64,000 nt of DNA from Marsupella aquatica (GCA_973895155.1 OZ316893.1:22541844-22605843); one strand, 5' to 3'. Numbered from the stretch's first letter, positions 21,801-33,840 are shown. Notes: generated by a model not told the origin, from the sequence alone. Numbers and translations are program-made.

Positions 21801-23073
21801 TGGAAGCGGCCAAGAGGGAGAAGGAGAAGAGTAAGATGTTGGAGAAACAGTTGCGGGAGACCCGTAGGTCATCACGAGAAACCCCAGCTGGTCATGGTGC
21901 CACCGTATCAACTAGTCATGGTGCCAACATTTCATCACCCTCATTAGTACCTGCGGAGGCTCCACTGAGTCACGGAATCCCGGTGCCAGGGATGCTACCC
22001 CGATCCATAAACCCAGGGACTCCTCTGGCTACCGGCCAGGTCTTACCTTTGCAATTGCAGGGAGGTGAAGAGGTTGCCTTATGGAAGGACACTATTAGCC
22101 AGGGTTATGTGAAGGCTTGGCAAGCCTTGGCTGCATTGAGGAAGCGGAGCACTTCCGGTCGGACTCCCGCCCAGACTCCCCCGGTACGGTAGGTTAGGAG
22201 TGAGGCCTCCCCTTCTGGGGGAAGCGGTGGAGGTGAGGATTCCAGGGGGTGGAGCCCTGGTTCAGTCAGTGAGTCTGGTGAAGACTAGTGTAGGACCTTG
22301 TTTTTATGCACTACGGATTGGATGTTAGTACCAGCAAAGGCACCGTTGGTACCGTAGTGGGTTAGGGTTTTTCACAACGTGTGTGTGCCGCATGCTCTAG
22401 GTTAGTTTATCTCTTAGTTGTTTTTTGGCGGCGCCGCTAGGGTTGCCGCCGTTGTTGCCACTCCGTGAGGGGTGCTTTGGTGTTTTTTTCAGTATTTAGG
22501 GGGAAGCCCCATAGTGAAACAGGGGGAACTCAGTCTAGTGTTTGCTTAGGGAAGTTAGCTCATAGCCAAAAGAGGGAATCAAGCCAGAGTAGTGAGGTAG
22601 AGGTGTAGCACTTGCCCCAGTGAGGCAGTAGTTGGGCAGACGGCAGGAGGCCGGGTTGCCCTTGCAATGTGTTACGATGTTTTGCCAAAAGATATGAATT
22701 TGGTTTGATTCCTCAAGTTTTGGTGTGGTGTTACCTTTTCTGGTTCACGATTGTGTTCTTTCCCCAAGAAGCGTATAAGGAATCCTTGCACGGTTTGGTC
22801 AACCATGTGAGTAGGAGGGGTGGTGACAACACTCCACCGACGACCAGTAGGAGTGTGTGTGTGGTGTAGTCCATGGGACTTGATCAAAAGTAGAGCGGCT
22901 AGTCGGTAGACTTGATAAAAAATTACATTTCCGGGAGCGGATATAAACATACTCATTCTACATGCAATAGAATCCTAATAGCATCCCTCCACATTCCCGT
23001 CATACGATAACAAAAAATTTTAGTGGGAGTAAATACGTATTTGTCGTGTAAATTGTTTGATAAGCAGGTGACA
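18859..23073 (+). mobile_element. Probable 4.2-kb solo LTR of a second family (B) containing a long ORF
   Basis: Starts TGTGACGGG, ends ...GGTGACA, flanked by AGGTT (18854-18858 / 23074-23078). Interrupts the CACTA between its subterminal region and the transposase 3' end. No gag/pol. The 3' part is homologous to ~900-1407. Confidence 0.65.
20258..22192 (+). CDS. Family-B LTR ORF (~644 aa from first ATG; possibly to 22288 originally): helical domain plus coiled coil
   Basis: Open 670-codon frame. FQATGLTNFMGV..IPHVELAKLLFLD region resembles the family-A LTR protein. Coiled-coil C-terminal half. Confidence 0.75.
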   Translation: MFDPPEFSTARVRRYKAAYRDYIATQIREEGEKQRSAAMSTGSGTPSTTIVRKVFRRVYPRTSAKVMEEGKEIFQATGLTNFMGVEIRIPPDRTWDIAAGLECRMEGIYFHCNKQLIPHVELAKLLFLDNQDFTFQPVEPSGVFTLEELAEVVKDPTSVTTIPLSTFKDPAYKVFVAKVHQRVLGRGQSGTVSGDQLAIANNIKTHPRHTYGWWYFGMRKSLAMDPKSVKAGGGMYLMGSFLLARREGLLPSPGIEGETVPPFITEIQRIATTILGSLVKGPPSEPIALEPTTEDDPVKDSVMEWLESLVGNPEESLDYNVPEVYLAELRDFHDGVHEGLKLCRTLKEAINQGQAKVEMLQVSNEALKEVVKAKEVVIQEQGRSLKESHIQVLQLEGALFTKAKEALEVGVLRDEVAKLKQGTSEVERLKTKDQGPITKVLLTTKVTLQQKSKKEVVELRGQVGLLETRAKRNDTLRLGKRKSPSPSSPTLSPNLISKAIEMVVREVTQRYGPMLEAAKREKEKSKMLEKQLRETRRSSRETPAGHGATVSTSHGANISSPSLVPAEAPLSHGIPVPGMLPRSINPGTPLATGQVLPLQLQGGEEVALWKDTISQGYVKAWQALAALRKRSTSGRTPAQTPPVR

Positions 23074-23231
23074 AGGTTGCATGGAATTAATTGATTCAGA
23101 TATGGGGCATACTTTAAGCAATAGACATGTATACTGCATGAAATTGTGGACAATGAGAAAAATTGTAGAATGTCGATAAAAAGATAATGCCGATAAAAAT
23201 ATACATGAAGATGGTAGGGTCTACAATTTAT

Positions 23232-26200
23232 ACTAACTCGTGGGGGGCACGTCTCTATCTTCCACTACAACTACGTTGGGTCTCTCTTGGACTATGGACC
23301 ATGATTTGGGAATATACGGCATGACAATGGACCACTCGGGGTCATTGGGATAGGGTAGGTAAAAGCATTGCTCAAGGTGATGTGGGAAGCCAAAGGGATT
23401 GAGGACCTCCAGTTGGAACTGATGACACTATTTGCGGATGTCTTCAAACGAGTAAAACCGCATGCATCACCTTCACAAGTACGATTGTAGCCTACAAGAT
23501 TCATCTTGAACCATTTTCACTTGAATACCACTTCCTCAAAAGTAGTATGTGCATGGTACTTCACTGTTAGGATCTCCTCAATCTTCCCATAATGGGCCAT
23601 AGTGGAGCAAATGGGATTCATGTCTGACATGCTAGCTACTATGGGAATCTTGGGTGAACCAACCCATCACCCCACAATCCTGTGTAGCTGCCCTCTTCTC
23701 ATCAAATTGTTCCACATGAAAATGTCTCCCCTTTGACCACATGGCAGTCCAAGTCGTGACTATAAGTAGTGGACCATGAACCAAGGTACAAAGTTTATCT
23801 GTCACGTTTGGGTAGTGTAATACACTCTCCCCGGTACACACCATGGCATCCACTTCTAACAACTTCTCCTTCATGTATGGGTGAAACTTGGGAAATAACC
23901 ACGGGCGTCAACTGCTTTGCTTCTCCTCCTCATAAAATGTTGTCCACTCCCCAAAAACCTCGGGTGAGTTATACAACATAAATGTTGTGAGCTGTAAATG
24001 CTCCGCTGAGCCTATGAGACGCTCTCCAGATGCCCTAGTGAGTCTATCATCCTTGTAGTCAGCCTCTCATGCCGCCTCATCTATCCATCCCCTAGGAGCA
24101 CTAGGATCTAGTGTGGCAACTATGTTTGTAAAGTAAAACATAAGTCTCTATACTCTAAGATGACGCTCCGCAATGCTACCTTCCACCCTAGCACAATTAA
24201 AGACATATGACTTCATCACCCCCATATAACACTCTACCCAATACATCCATCGACAATGTACTAGGCTTGCAATTGCAACCTTGCGCACTAAATGTATGAG
24301 GAAATGAACCTGACCATCAAAGAATGAGGGAGGGAGTGCCTTCTCCAACTTGCAGACAACCTCTACTCCAAATATCTCCATAGTAGCAATGTCATCCTCC
24401 TGTACCTCCTTTTGACATACCCATCTTAAGAGCTTACCCAATGACCAAAGGGCATCACGAAGTTCCTCACTACCCAATCCATAATAGCAATTGGAAGAAC
24501 ATGTTCAAGCAATCGATGATAATCATGTATCTTCAAGAAAGATGGCCATTTTGGAGAATCCTCCCCCCCAAAATGCCTTCCAAAGATTGGTACCATAACC
24601 TGTGGGAAACCTCATCGACCCAATATGTCTGCGAAACTCAATGCACTCTGCCCTTGTCAAAACCCCGGGTCAAAACCCAAGGAGGATGGATGCTAGGGGG
24701 AGCACCAGGGGGTCCAAAGATGGCCAAAAACCCAAAAGACCATGCATCCCCATCTCCTCACAACTTTCTCTCCAATTGTTATTTTTCTCCCCATATAGAT
24801 GGCGAATCAATGATTTCCCCACATTCCTCTCAATGTGCATAGGGTCTAACAAGTGATTAATGGGCATATTTGACCAATATGGCAATTGTGACAATGCAGA
24901 CAAACGGGTCATGCCACATCTGAATAATGGTAATGGATCACTCGGATCCTGAACTCTCCCCCATATCTCTCTCCAATATGCTGGATCCTTCCGCTGAGGT
25001 TGAGGACGAATATCAGGTTGGCCCTCATCAGTATCATAAAGGAATGGATCACTCCTCCAAGGATGGTCTGGTGGAAGATATTTAGTATGACCAATGTAAA
25101 CAATTTTTTGCAGAGTACTTGACTTGGGCCTGGCCAGTACCCCCTCCAAATTGGGTTCACATGTAGAGCAAGCCGGATAGCCTGATGTTTTCAATCCAGA
25201 AACATATCCAAACCCTGCCCAGTGCATAGAAAACACATTCATAAAATAAAGTTCATCCGGGGGTTCATCAAGGCAAAAATCTGCATAATTGCAATTATGC
25301 AAGGTTTAGGTACTAGAGGAAATAAGGGTTTACCATACCTGGTAAATCATGCATGGTCCACATAAGGATGGCCTTTAGAGTAAATGCGCGGGATAAACCT
25401 CCTATGTTGTGACGTCCATCATAACAATCCACTCCTCTCCACAGTTGTATCAACTCATCAATCAATGGCTACAAGTACACATCAATCTTTTTAACCTGCT
25501 TAGGACCCGGAATAATCATGGAGAGTAGTAGACCGTGACCTTTCTTCATGGCCATCCAAGGATGGATGTTGTAGTTTGTCAACACTACTGGCCACACCGA
25601 ATATGGTTTGGCTTTTCCTGCCAATGCAAAAGGGCTGATACCATCTGCCGCCAAGCCTAGTCGAACATGTCGTGGGTCAATTTTGAACTCTCCCCATCTA
25701 TCCTCTACAAATCGATTGGCAGGAGAGTCAACCATCATGTACTCAGTTGCCCGTTCGAACAGGCATCCCCAAAAATGTGTCGCTTGATTGACGTTGCTCA
25801 TACCCTCCTTGACTCGATCGTTGATATCTGTTCCCACCCAGAGTGCTTGCCTAAGCAGCTGACAGTATTTGGCTTCCCGTAGTCGTCTGCTCAGTTTGTG
25901 CTTGCAAATGAGCCACATGGCACTAGAGGGTACATCCATATTAGAACAATTTTTTGAGTGCCATACCATCATCTCAACCGACTCTGCACATCGGAATTGA
26001 TGTCGCAATCGAGGGATACGAGGAAACTTGTACCTCATAACCTTTTGCGGTACCTTCCCCGTCAACATGTCATCACGGTACCGTGGCTTATGACATTTAG
26101 GACATGTACTCGCATTTTCATGCTCACCCCTAAAAACAATGCAATCATCCACACATGCATGTATCACCTCATACTTCAGGCCAATGGACTTCAACACCTA

Positions 26201-26685
26201 TTTAGCCTCTTTCCAAGAGGCTGGCATTGCGTTGCCTACTGGCAAAATACGATCATGCAAGGTACGGAAAAATCATCCAAAAGTAGATTGCTTGCCCCAT
26301 GTCTTTGCTGCAAGTTGAGCAACAACATTATTGATGAGAGCCGAGATAACCTACTCCCCTCAAATATGCGAGTACGGGCATGACGTTGCGCCTCCTCCCA
26401 TTGCTTGTCTTGGGACCCCCTAGAAGGATATGGATGACTAGTATTTTCATGGGTTGAACCATGGTCCTCCAAACCAATGTCATCATGATCATCATAGAAT
26501 TGGTCCATGAGCTCATCCATGGCCCTCTCCTCATCAAGATGGTCTTGGATAGGATCATCACCATCATGTCGTACCCCATCTTCTTGCCTTTGCGGTTCAT
26601 GCCCACGGTTGGCCACCATGGCCTCAACAAGGTGTTGTCGCATAGCTCGTGATATTACCCCAATATCAGGAGTTACATATTGATT
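23232..26685 (-). pseudogene. TNP2/TNPD-like CACTA transposase (Transposase_21, DUF4218 and DUF4216-like regions), with frameshifts, stops and a 180-bp LTR-derived insertion
   Basis: IHACVDDCIVFRGE..CPKC..RY, DPRHVRLGLAADG.SPF, SVWPV..NYN..PW, IIPGPKQ..IDVYL, WTMHDLP, LPYW..HLLDPMHIERNV, PPSFFDGQVHFLIHL, RWMY.VE.YM..KSYV.N.ARVEGSIAE, HYGKIEEI. Intron at ~25245-25340. Splice acceptor at 26686-26687. Confidence 0.93.
25737..25916 (-). mobile_element. 180-bp fragment of the family-A LTR ORF inserted in-frame in the transposase
   Basis: Encodes WLICKHKLSRRLREAKYCQLLRQALWVGTDINDRVKEGMSNVNQATHFWGCLFERATEY, homologous to LTR 3454-3633. Confidence 0.93.
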
Positions 26686-26809
26686 CTATCATACAACATC
26701 AATTAATTAATCTCATCAACACATGCACTGTTGAACAACATCATTCTCATGTAAACATGTAAAATAAACTAACATGATATATATACATGTATTTAAGTCC
26801 AAGAAACTA

Positions 26810-27585
26810 TCATGGATGACAACGCAAGGACAATTTTGGTGCATCCCATTCATACTCACACAATAACTCCTCACCAGCTCTAATGGTCCTAACAGCTACT
26901 GTCATGATATGGTTGTCCATATGTTTCACAAAATATGGATGTCTAGGTGGACCAAACATTTGAATCCACTCTATATTAGCCTCCAAACCTCTATCTCTAC
27001 TTGTGGTACTATTGATGTACCCTGCTAAATTACCGTTCCAAATAGGATCACCATCAATCATTCGGCACTGCCACGGCCTAGTGAAGACCTCATCCGGGTC
27101 TGAGTCCATCCTCCATGCATACACCCCCCAACTTGGGTGTTGACGCAACAAAATATTTCAACTCTTGGAGTTATATACAGCCCCAATGTAAGGAAAGAGG
27201 TGCTCTCCATCATAACCATGTCTCCATGGCTTTGGAGGGACCACAATATGCTCCAAAGCAAAAAGACCATATCCTATATCAGGACCAATAGAGGATGCCT
27301 TCACTATCCAAGGGCGACCCCATATCTAAACTGGTTCATCAGTAGGAATAAAATCTGGAAATTTGAAGAGACTTGGAGAAAAGTCCTTCAAAACTTCGGC
27401 AGCCCTACCAGTGAGATAGGATAGTCCAAACCTGCCCTCAATGCAAATATAATCTACGTTGCCGGCTGGTTGATCAGTAGTACCTAACACCTCCTCTCGG
27501 CTGTCTACCTGGTCCAGTGGTCCATACTGCCGTCTATGTGACCTACGAGATTGTGGTCGTGTACGTAGGACCCTAGTAGTACATC
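26810..27585 (-). pseudogene. SET-domain (lysine methyltransferase-like) gene carried by the CACTA element; two premature stops
   Basis: One frame: WIVKASSIGPDIGYGLFALEHI..FPYIGAVY..IDGDPIWNGNLAGYINS..AN..HIMTVAVRTIRAGEELLCEYEW, i.e. SET motifs GxG, GN.A.(F/Y)IN(H/S) and GEEL..Y. Stops at 27326-27328 (TAG) and 27158-27160 (TGA). Confidence 0.85.
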
Positions 27586-28471
27586 ACAACCTTGGGCCGA
27601 GAGACCGGTTCCCCCTCTACATGCTCATGTGTGGGCATGCGAGTGGGGATAGGAGTAGGTGGGCTAAGAGGCATCTGGGCAGGAGGAATTGCAAGCAACT
27701 CCCTGGCCCTTGTTAGAAACCCTTCCAACCACACAGCTTCAGGAACCAAAGGAGGTGGGGGCCTACGAGGCACCTATCTCAACACACGTACAATGGTTTT
27801 ACACAAATCAATAAATTAAGTAGTGGGATGTAAATGCAAGATAATTAAGCAATACCCTAAATTGGAATGCATATATGGAATGAATAGGGGACATAAACAT
27901 ATCTGTACCTGGCTAGGCAAATACCCTGGCATCTCGGGGATTTCACTTCCACAAAAATGACATATCACGTGCGATGAAGTATAGGGTCATTTTATTGGTT
28001 CAAAGGGAAGACTTAAGAATTTTATGAGAAGAACAATAGGGTCTTTTAAATCCAATTTTGAGACTTATAAGAACATTAGGGTCCTTATAACCAAAATTTT
28101 GGAATATTCCAAGAATATTCTAACTTTATAGGGGTTGAAAAAATAATTTTTTTTCTTACATTTTAGGGGGTCCAAGGCCTAAAAACGTTGCAAGTGATGG
28201 GGAGGCATCCATATAGTGAGACCCCCGAGCCTGGCATATCACCCTCGTGGCGGCCATAGTTCTCGATGTGCTCACAAGTCTCCCACGCATGTCGAACCAC
28301 AAGTCCCTTACATCTCACACACCAGCAAGGTATGGGTCCTAGTGGAGCACAAGGACGATCTGGAGGAGGGGGTGGAGGAACCACCCCCTCAGACGAGCTT
28401 GTGTTTGAGTCTGAATCTGACGTAGAACTATCAGAAGTAGACATCTGCATGCATGAAGTACACTCATTCAT
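27573..28471 (-). CDS. Putative upstream exons, including a transposase-associated C-x-C-x2-C...H zinc motif
   Basis: IPCWCVRCKG...CEHIENYGRH resembles the N-terminal transposase-associated domain of CACTA proteins. AG acceptor at 27774-27775 precedes PRRPPPP. Confidence 0.55.
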
Positions 28472-29860
28472 GTAAGCTGCATAAAAGAAGACAAGTGTTG
28501 GAGTATCAAAATAGAATTAATTAATGCATGAGATACAAAAGTCCTGTTGCACCTCAATGATACCCGCGCTTTGCCATCCTATTGTGTCGTATTTTCTACG
28601 TGACACAAGGTGTGGGACATCCAAAATCTCTCCATATATGGGTGAGCATTTTGCTAATGAGCATACATAATCTGTAAGTGCGAAAGAGTGTAGAAAGAAC
28701 ACACCACATATAAAAAATGCCAACATACAAATTAAGTGTAAATGATGCGGCTCATGAAGCGGGGACATCATACCTCTTGGATGCGCGGTCTCACACTATG
28801 CATAGTGCATTGTCCAAAACAAAACCTACCTACCCCCTCACAAACATCGAACCACCCCTCCAAATGCAAGGTACTGTGCATCAAATCCAACACAACCATT
28901 AGCCTAATATATGGAGGTTGCACCTTATCCTAAGAAAAGGTGTGGTGCGTCCCATGGCTCCCCAAACCCAAGAAACCCCCCCGTACAAGCCGATTCCCGC
29001 AGGTTTTGTCCTCGGCGAGGCCGTTTTTACGGCTTAGCGGCATGGGACGCTGCTAACCCACCTTCTACTACTACGATTAACATCTTATGTCCACACATAT
29101 ACTGGACAGATCCTTCATCGGGTCATGAGATACTTAGCCGGCCTATTCTAGGTCCTCCCTTGTATTCCTCTCCTGGTCTTCCATTAGGTATGTTTGGATT
29201 TTGCCACCGGAATGATCCCCAATTTGGCTTGGTTAAGCCGCTAAGACCTCTCTCAGCTCAACACATCCATCTCTCACTCCCTTGCTACTTCCCTTCATTG
29301 ATGTGGGCACTCTTCACACAAGTTAATGCGACACACAAATAGCAAAATGACTCCTTCTGACTGAGTTATACCATGCACTTGCCATACAAACAGTACATCT
29401 CATACACAAGCTCTGCAAACTAAGCCGTGAGGCCAACTCTATTCAGTTCTTAGGCATGAGGAAACATGAATATACACAAGGGTCACTGTATAACTAACCA
29501 AGAGCTTCTCTTACTACTTGATCCCAGCCTTGCTGGTGCAACTAAAAACTTGCTAAAGAAGAGGCCCTGAACTCCCCGCAGCCCAGGTACTTATCCTGGT
29601 TGTGGATCCACCTGATTCCTTGCAGCGTAAGCCTAATCTACTTACTGTAATCTACCTAACTGTAATCTACCTATGTACAGCAAGGCAGGAGCACAAGTGT
29701 CGCCCTCACTCGTGGATCCGCAATCCCACTAATCTAAGTGTCAGGGCCGTCTCCTGGTCCTGATCCTTAGTCTAAACTTGGAGATCAGCGCCCGCCCTGC
29801 CCACTCACACCTCCTACCTCCATGTCTGCCCTCCCTAAAAGGGACGGCTCCCTTGCACCG

Positions 29861-32800
29861 TCACGACACCGGTGGCGGGTCCTCAATGGACGCCCCCAAC
29901 GCTTCCCCCGCAACCACTGTCGTTGGTCCGTCCTCTGACAGATTACCTGCCCCGGACCGAGTCAACTCTTCATCGGCCTGACTGGATCCACCCTCGGCTT
30001 CGGCCTCAGCATCGGCCACGGCCTCCCCGACATGTTCTAGTGGAGGATTTGGTACCTCGGCTTTAGTACTGGTTGTCCCAGCCTCGGCCTTGCCATCCCC
30101 ACTTCCTAGGACTGGTGGATCCACCGCCGTGCCGATGCCGGAGGTTGGTGCCGGTTTTATCTTCTCGGTCACAACGGCTTGAGAAGCCGTATAACTCCCA
30201 GACCTAGAAGGTTTCCACTTCTTCTCCTTCCCTATTTCGACAGCCGGTTCCTTCCCCTTGCCACTTACCTCCGGCACCGGGGTGAGTGTCTTGGCTTGTC
30301 CTTCGACCAATACTACCCCTGGTAACTGGGTTGCCCCAATTGGAGTTGGACCTGATGAAGCCAAGCATTTAAATACTGCGACTTGTTTCTTTAGCCGCTC
30401 CGATGGGTTGTCGGCCCGCCACTATAGGTTCTCCATCTTCCTCGTGATTTCCTCCAACTCCTCCTGGGTCTCATCCAGGTCCTTGCACGCCTTCTCCAGC
30501 TCCTTTCTGGCTTCCTCCAATTCTTTCTTTAAGGTAGTCCTCTCCTCTTGGGTTGCTCTTAGATCCTTGTTGAGCTCTGCTATGACCACAAACTCCATCT
30601 TATTCATCTTGGCATAAGTCTGGTCGAGCTGGTCGTCCTTTTCACGCAGGTCGGCCTTGAAGCTGGTCGTCAGGGATGCAAGCTCCTACTGCAGCGCAAT
30701 AATCCCTTGATAGGATTTCCCTAACTCTGCTTCCTTTTGCTCAAGGGCTCCATGGATATCCTCGAGTTCCCCCTTTAATGCCCTCTCCCTTCTCTGGTTC
30801 TCCGCCATGTTGGCCTGATTGTTGGTTGCTAAGTGGGCCTCCTCTGCGTCCCTTAGCTCCCGCTTCCATTTCTCTCTTTCCTTGACTGCGCCGGCCAACT
30901 CTCCTTGGGTCCGAGTCAGTTTATCTTTGATAATCTTATTGTCAGACTCAGCGGTATCCAACTGCCCTTGCATGATGTTTAGCTCATGCCGCTTAATCCG
31001 CAGCTCATCTTGGGCTTTCTTGGCCGCCTGTAGGACTTCCACCTCGGCTTCCTTCTCCCGAAGCCGCCGGATGACCTCGTCTTTCTTGCTTCTCTCCAAA
31101 GCCACCGCTTCTTCTAATCGGTGCTTCTCCAATCTCTCCCTCTGGTAGAAAGGTCCCTGCTCCAACTCCTCCCCAAAGATGCTGAGCGCCAGGTCCCCAC
31201 ACATCTCCCCGTACTCTATGGCTCTATCCTTAGCATAGGTGGAGTAAGTAGAAGTCATCGGCAACAACCACCTCGGCCTCTGTTCCCAAGCCGCCTTGCG
31301 GATTTCTTCTATGGTTGCTTCTTTTTTTGGCAAGCCGCCTGATGTCCTCCGGCCAATCTCCTCCTGGTAAATCTTTCTCCCTAGCCAGGGCTGCCCTCTC
31401 TTCCTCCCTGAGTCGCTCCTGAAAGTCTTGTGCCGTCTGCTTTATGCCGTCAAAGCTCAGGGGAGCAACCTCTGGTGGGGGAGACTCGGGGCTACTCTGC
31501 TGGGTGGGGTCCCCTCAAACTACTCTTGAAAGTGTGGGGATAAATCAGCCACAGGTCCTTACTCCTAGAACATGATGATCCGACCCATAGCCCGAGTTAT
31601 CATTGCTGTAGTCCTCCACCGCCTCCTCCACTGCTTGGACTCCCTGTTTCCCCCTCTGTTCCCCTGGTCCTGCCGTGCTGTCCTCTCTCGTTGCTCTCCG
31701 CGGGAAGGAGCCTTAGGCTGCTCTGCCTCCGATTCGGGGATTGAGGCTCCCACATACATTTGCACTCCTGGCTTGTGTTCCGGCCTCCTTCTCTCCTTGG
31801 CTCCGGTAAAGGGGTTTTCCCTCTTGAGTTGGCTTAGGCCAGGCAGTGTCCTATACTGGTGCCGTTGCCGTTGCTGGTGCCATTCTCTCCTTCTCCAGCA
31901 TTTTCAGCAGATTCTGCATGCCTGATTGCTGCATCGGCAAGTCTTCTTTCCTTGGCCAAAACACCTGCTTGATCGTAGGACTGACAGGCTGGTTGGGCTC
32001 TTCTGTTGCCGGCCTCTGCTCTGGAACCTCCTTCGGTGCCCTTGCCAATAGGGGAAGAACTGGGGCAAAGATTTGACTTCTGGCATACTGGCACAATAGC
32101 GGCATGTGATAGCCAAGCCAGGACACGCTTCCCATGCCGATCATCTGCTGTTCCTCCTTCAAGATTTTCTTCAGTTGATTGAGGAGGTACCCGTTGTAAT
32201 CCCGGCTTGGGTCTGGCCTTTCTGCCAGGTAGACCTGAGCCTTGCCGATCTTTGCCCTTGGCAAGTTACAATGCATGGTCACCCGCAAGAAATCGATCAT
32301 CTCTCCGATGTGCGGGTTGGTGCAGGTGTTCCGGAAGAAACCATTCTTCGTTGATGGTCTTGGGAACGACCGGAACTCCTTGTCAGGTAAGGTCTTCCTG
32401 GTATCAACCTTGGTCTTATTACCCATCGGCAAGCCAAACACCTCGGCAATCACCTGGGGAGTGAGATAGAAATCCTTCCCATACACCCTCGTGGAATTGG
32501 TCTCGGGTTCCCATGATCCCACAAATTCTAATAAGTCTGAGTCCGGCACCTCCAGCTTCAGCCATGGTAATCTTACAAAGGCTTCCAAGCCGGATATGGC
32601 CATGAAGCCCTGGTACTTCTTGGTCTGCATGGCCGTAAAGCATGCATCCTCCTCCCGTGCAAAATGTAATTGCACTTCCTCTGGTAGGGTCGCCGCCCAA
32701 CCTTTCCAGGTGTCATCATTTGTTGGAATGGCCTTGATGGGATTGACCTCCTCCTCTTCGACTTCTCCTTGCCTCGTGTTCTGATGCTCTGCTGGTTTCC

Positions 32801-33840
32801 TTGGTGCCGCCGACCTCGTTCTTTTTGCCGGGGTGGCCTCTTCATTGTTGTTTCCTTTCCTCTTCATCTTGGCTGCCGTGGATGTTTCTCCTAGCACAGT
32901 TGCCTTTGTCCATCCTTCCATGCTACCCTTCAATTCCTAGTGCGCGTCATTGCAACGGTTGATGGCTTCCCGAATGCCGACAATTCTGTTTTTGCAAAAT
33001 AGAAGGTCATTGAGCTGATTGGCAGTAGGAGTCCACAAGAACTTGGCCTTGATGAGTTCTCCTCCTAAGAAGGCAGACTTCTGCAGCTCCCGCAGTCGAG
33101 CGAGCTCCTGCCGCTCTCGAGCTGCTCTCTCCAATTCTTTGTCCTCGTAAGTCAGCCTGCATATGAATCCTGAATTTTATTTGCAAGTGTACACAGATGA
33201 TTTCTGCGAGCCATGCCGTATCTTGTTCGCAGTTCCAGTGAGCTCTTGGCTGTAAGCTGCAAACATACAGCAGCCGCGAGCGCATAACCAACTTCCTCGC
33301 GGAAAGCAAAAGCCCCAATAACAAACATAGGTTCAGCGTGTAGTAACCAAATGTTCGAATCATAAGCGAGGGAAAAAACGTATTTCATTTTATGAGCGCC
33401 TCGTATACTTGGCAGGTTGGGAGGCAGTGGAGGAAGACCTATATATAGGTACTCCTCGAAGAGCTAACCTTTTCTTTTATTGGCTACCAACACGATTTGT
33501 TTATGCCTATCAAAGAACCTTTAGAAGCTAATTCACGAAAAACTATACGAGAAATGCGAAATAACTTATATACGGAACGAGGGCGCCCTGTGAAAATACA
33601 CCGGTTTCTTACTCGTGTTTTGGAACTATTTCTTGGCAACTTAGACAACTTAGAAAAATATTCATAACGGTTACAGTAGACGTGGAATTTCCTCTATTCC
33701 TTGCGAGCGGTCCTTATCCCTCTCCTCCTCTAGTCTTCCCTCCCGTTGGTCACCCCTAGCCGCCGACGCTTAGTGCGCCCTAACCCTAATCGTATTCTCT
33801 CCCCCAACGTGTTTACTTCCAGCCTCGGCCCGGGTTCCAT
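29861..33840 (-). pseudogene. Degenerate LTR-encoded accessory gene in the solo LTR
   Basis: Fragments 32937-33134, 31851-32933, 30686-31333, 30422-30607 and 29861-30364 are homologous to the 297+927-aa protein. Several stops and frameshifts. Confidence 0.9.
33154..33690. other. ~537-bp non-LTR filler DNA of unknown origin replacing ~180 bp of the solo LTR
   Basis: Homology to the family-A LTR stops at ~33153 and resumes at ~33691. No match seen elsewhere in the window. Confidence 0.8.

Noticed and set aside
22996-23004. CCCGTCATA as the right end of the family-B LTR (inverted match to TGTGACGGG)
   Set aside because: No TSD follows it and homology with the 0.9-1.4 kb copy continues to 23073, where CA plus AGGTT occurs. 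Kept only as an alternative boundary.
33163-33255. 30-codon ORF with a thioredoxin-like VYTDDFCEPCRIL (CxxC) motif in the filler DNA
   Set aside because: Too short and no downstream thioredoxin fold residues. Probably chance.
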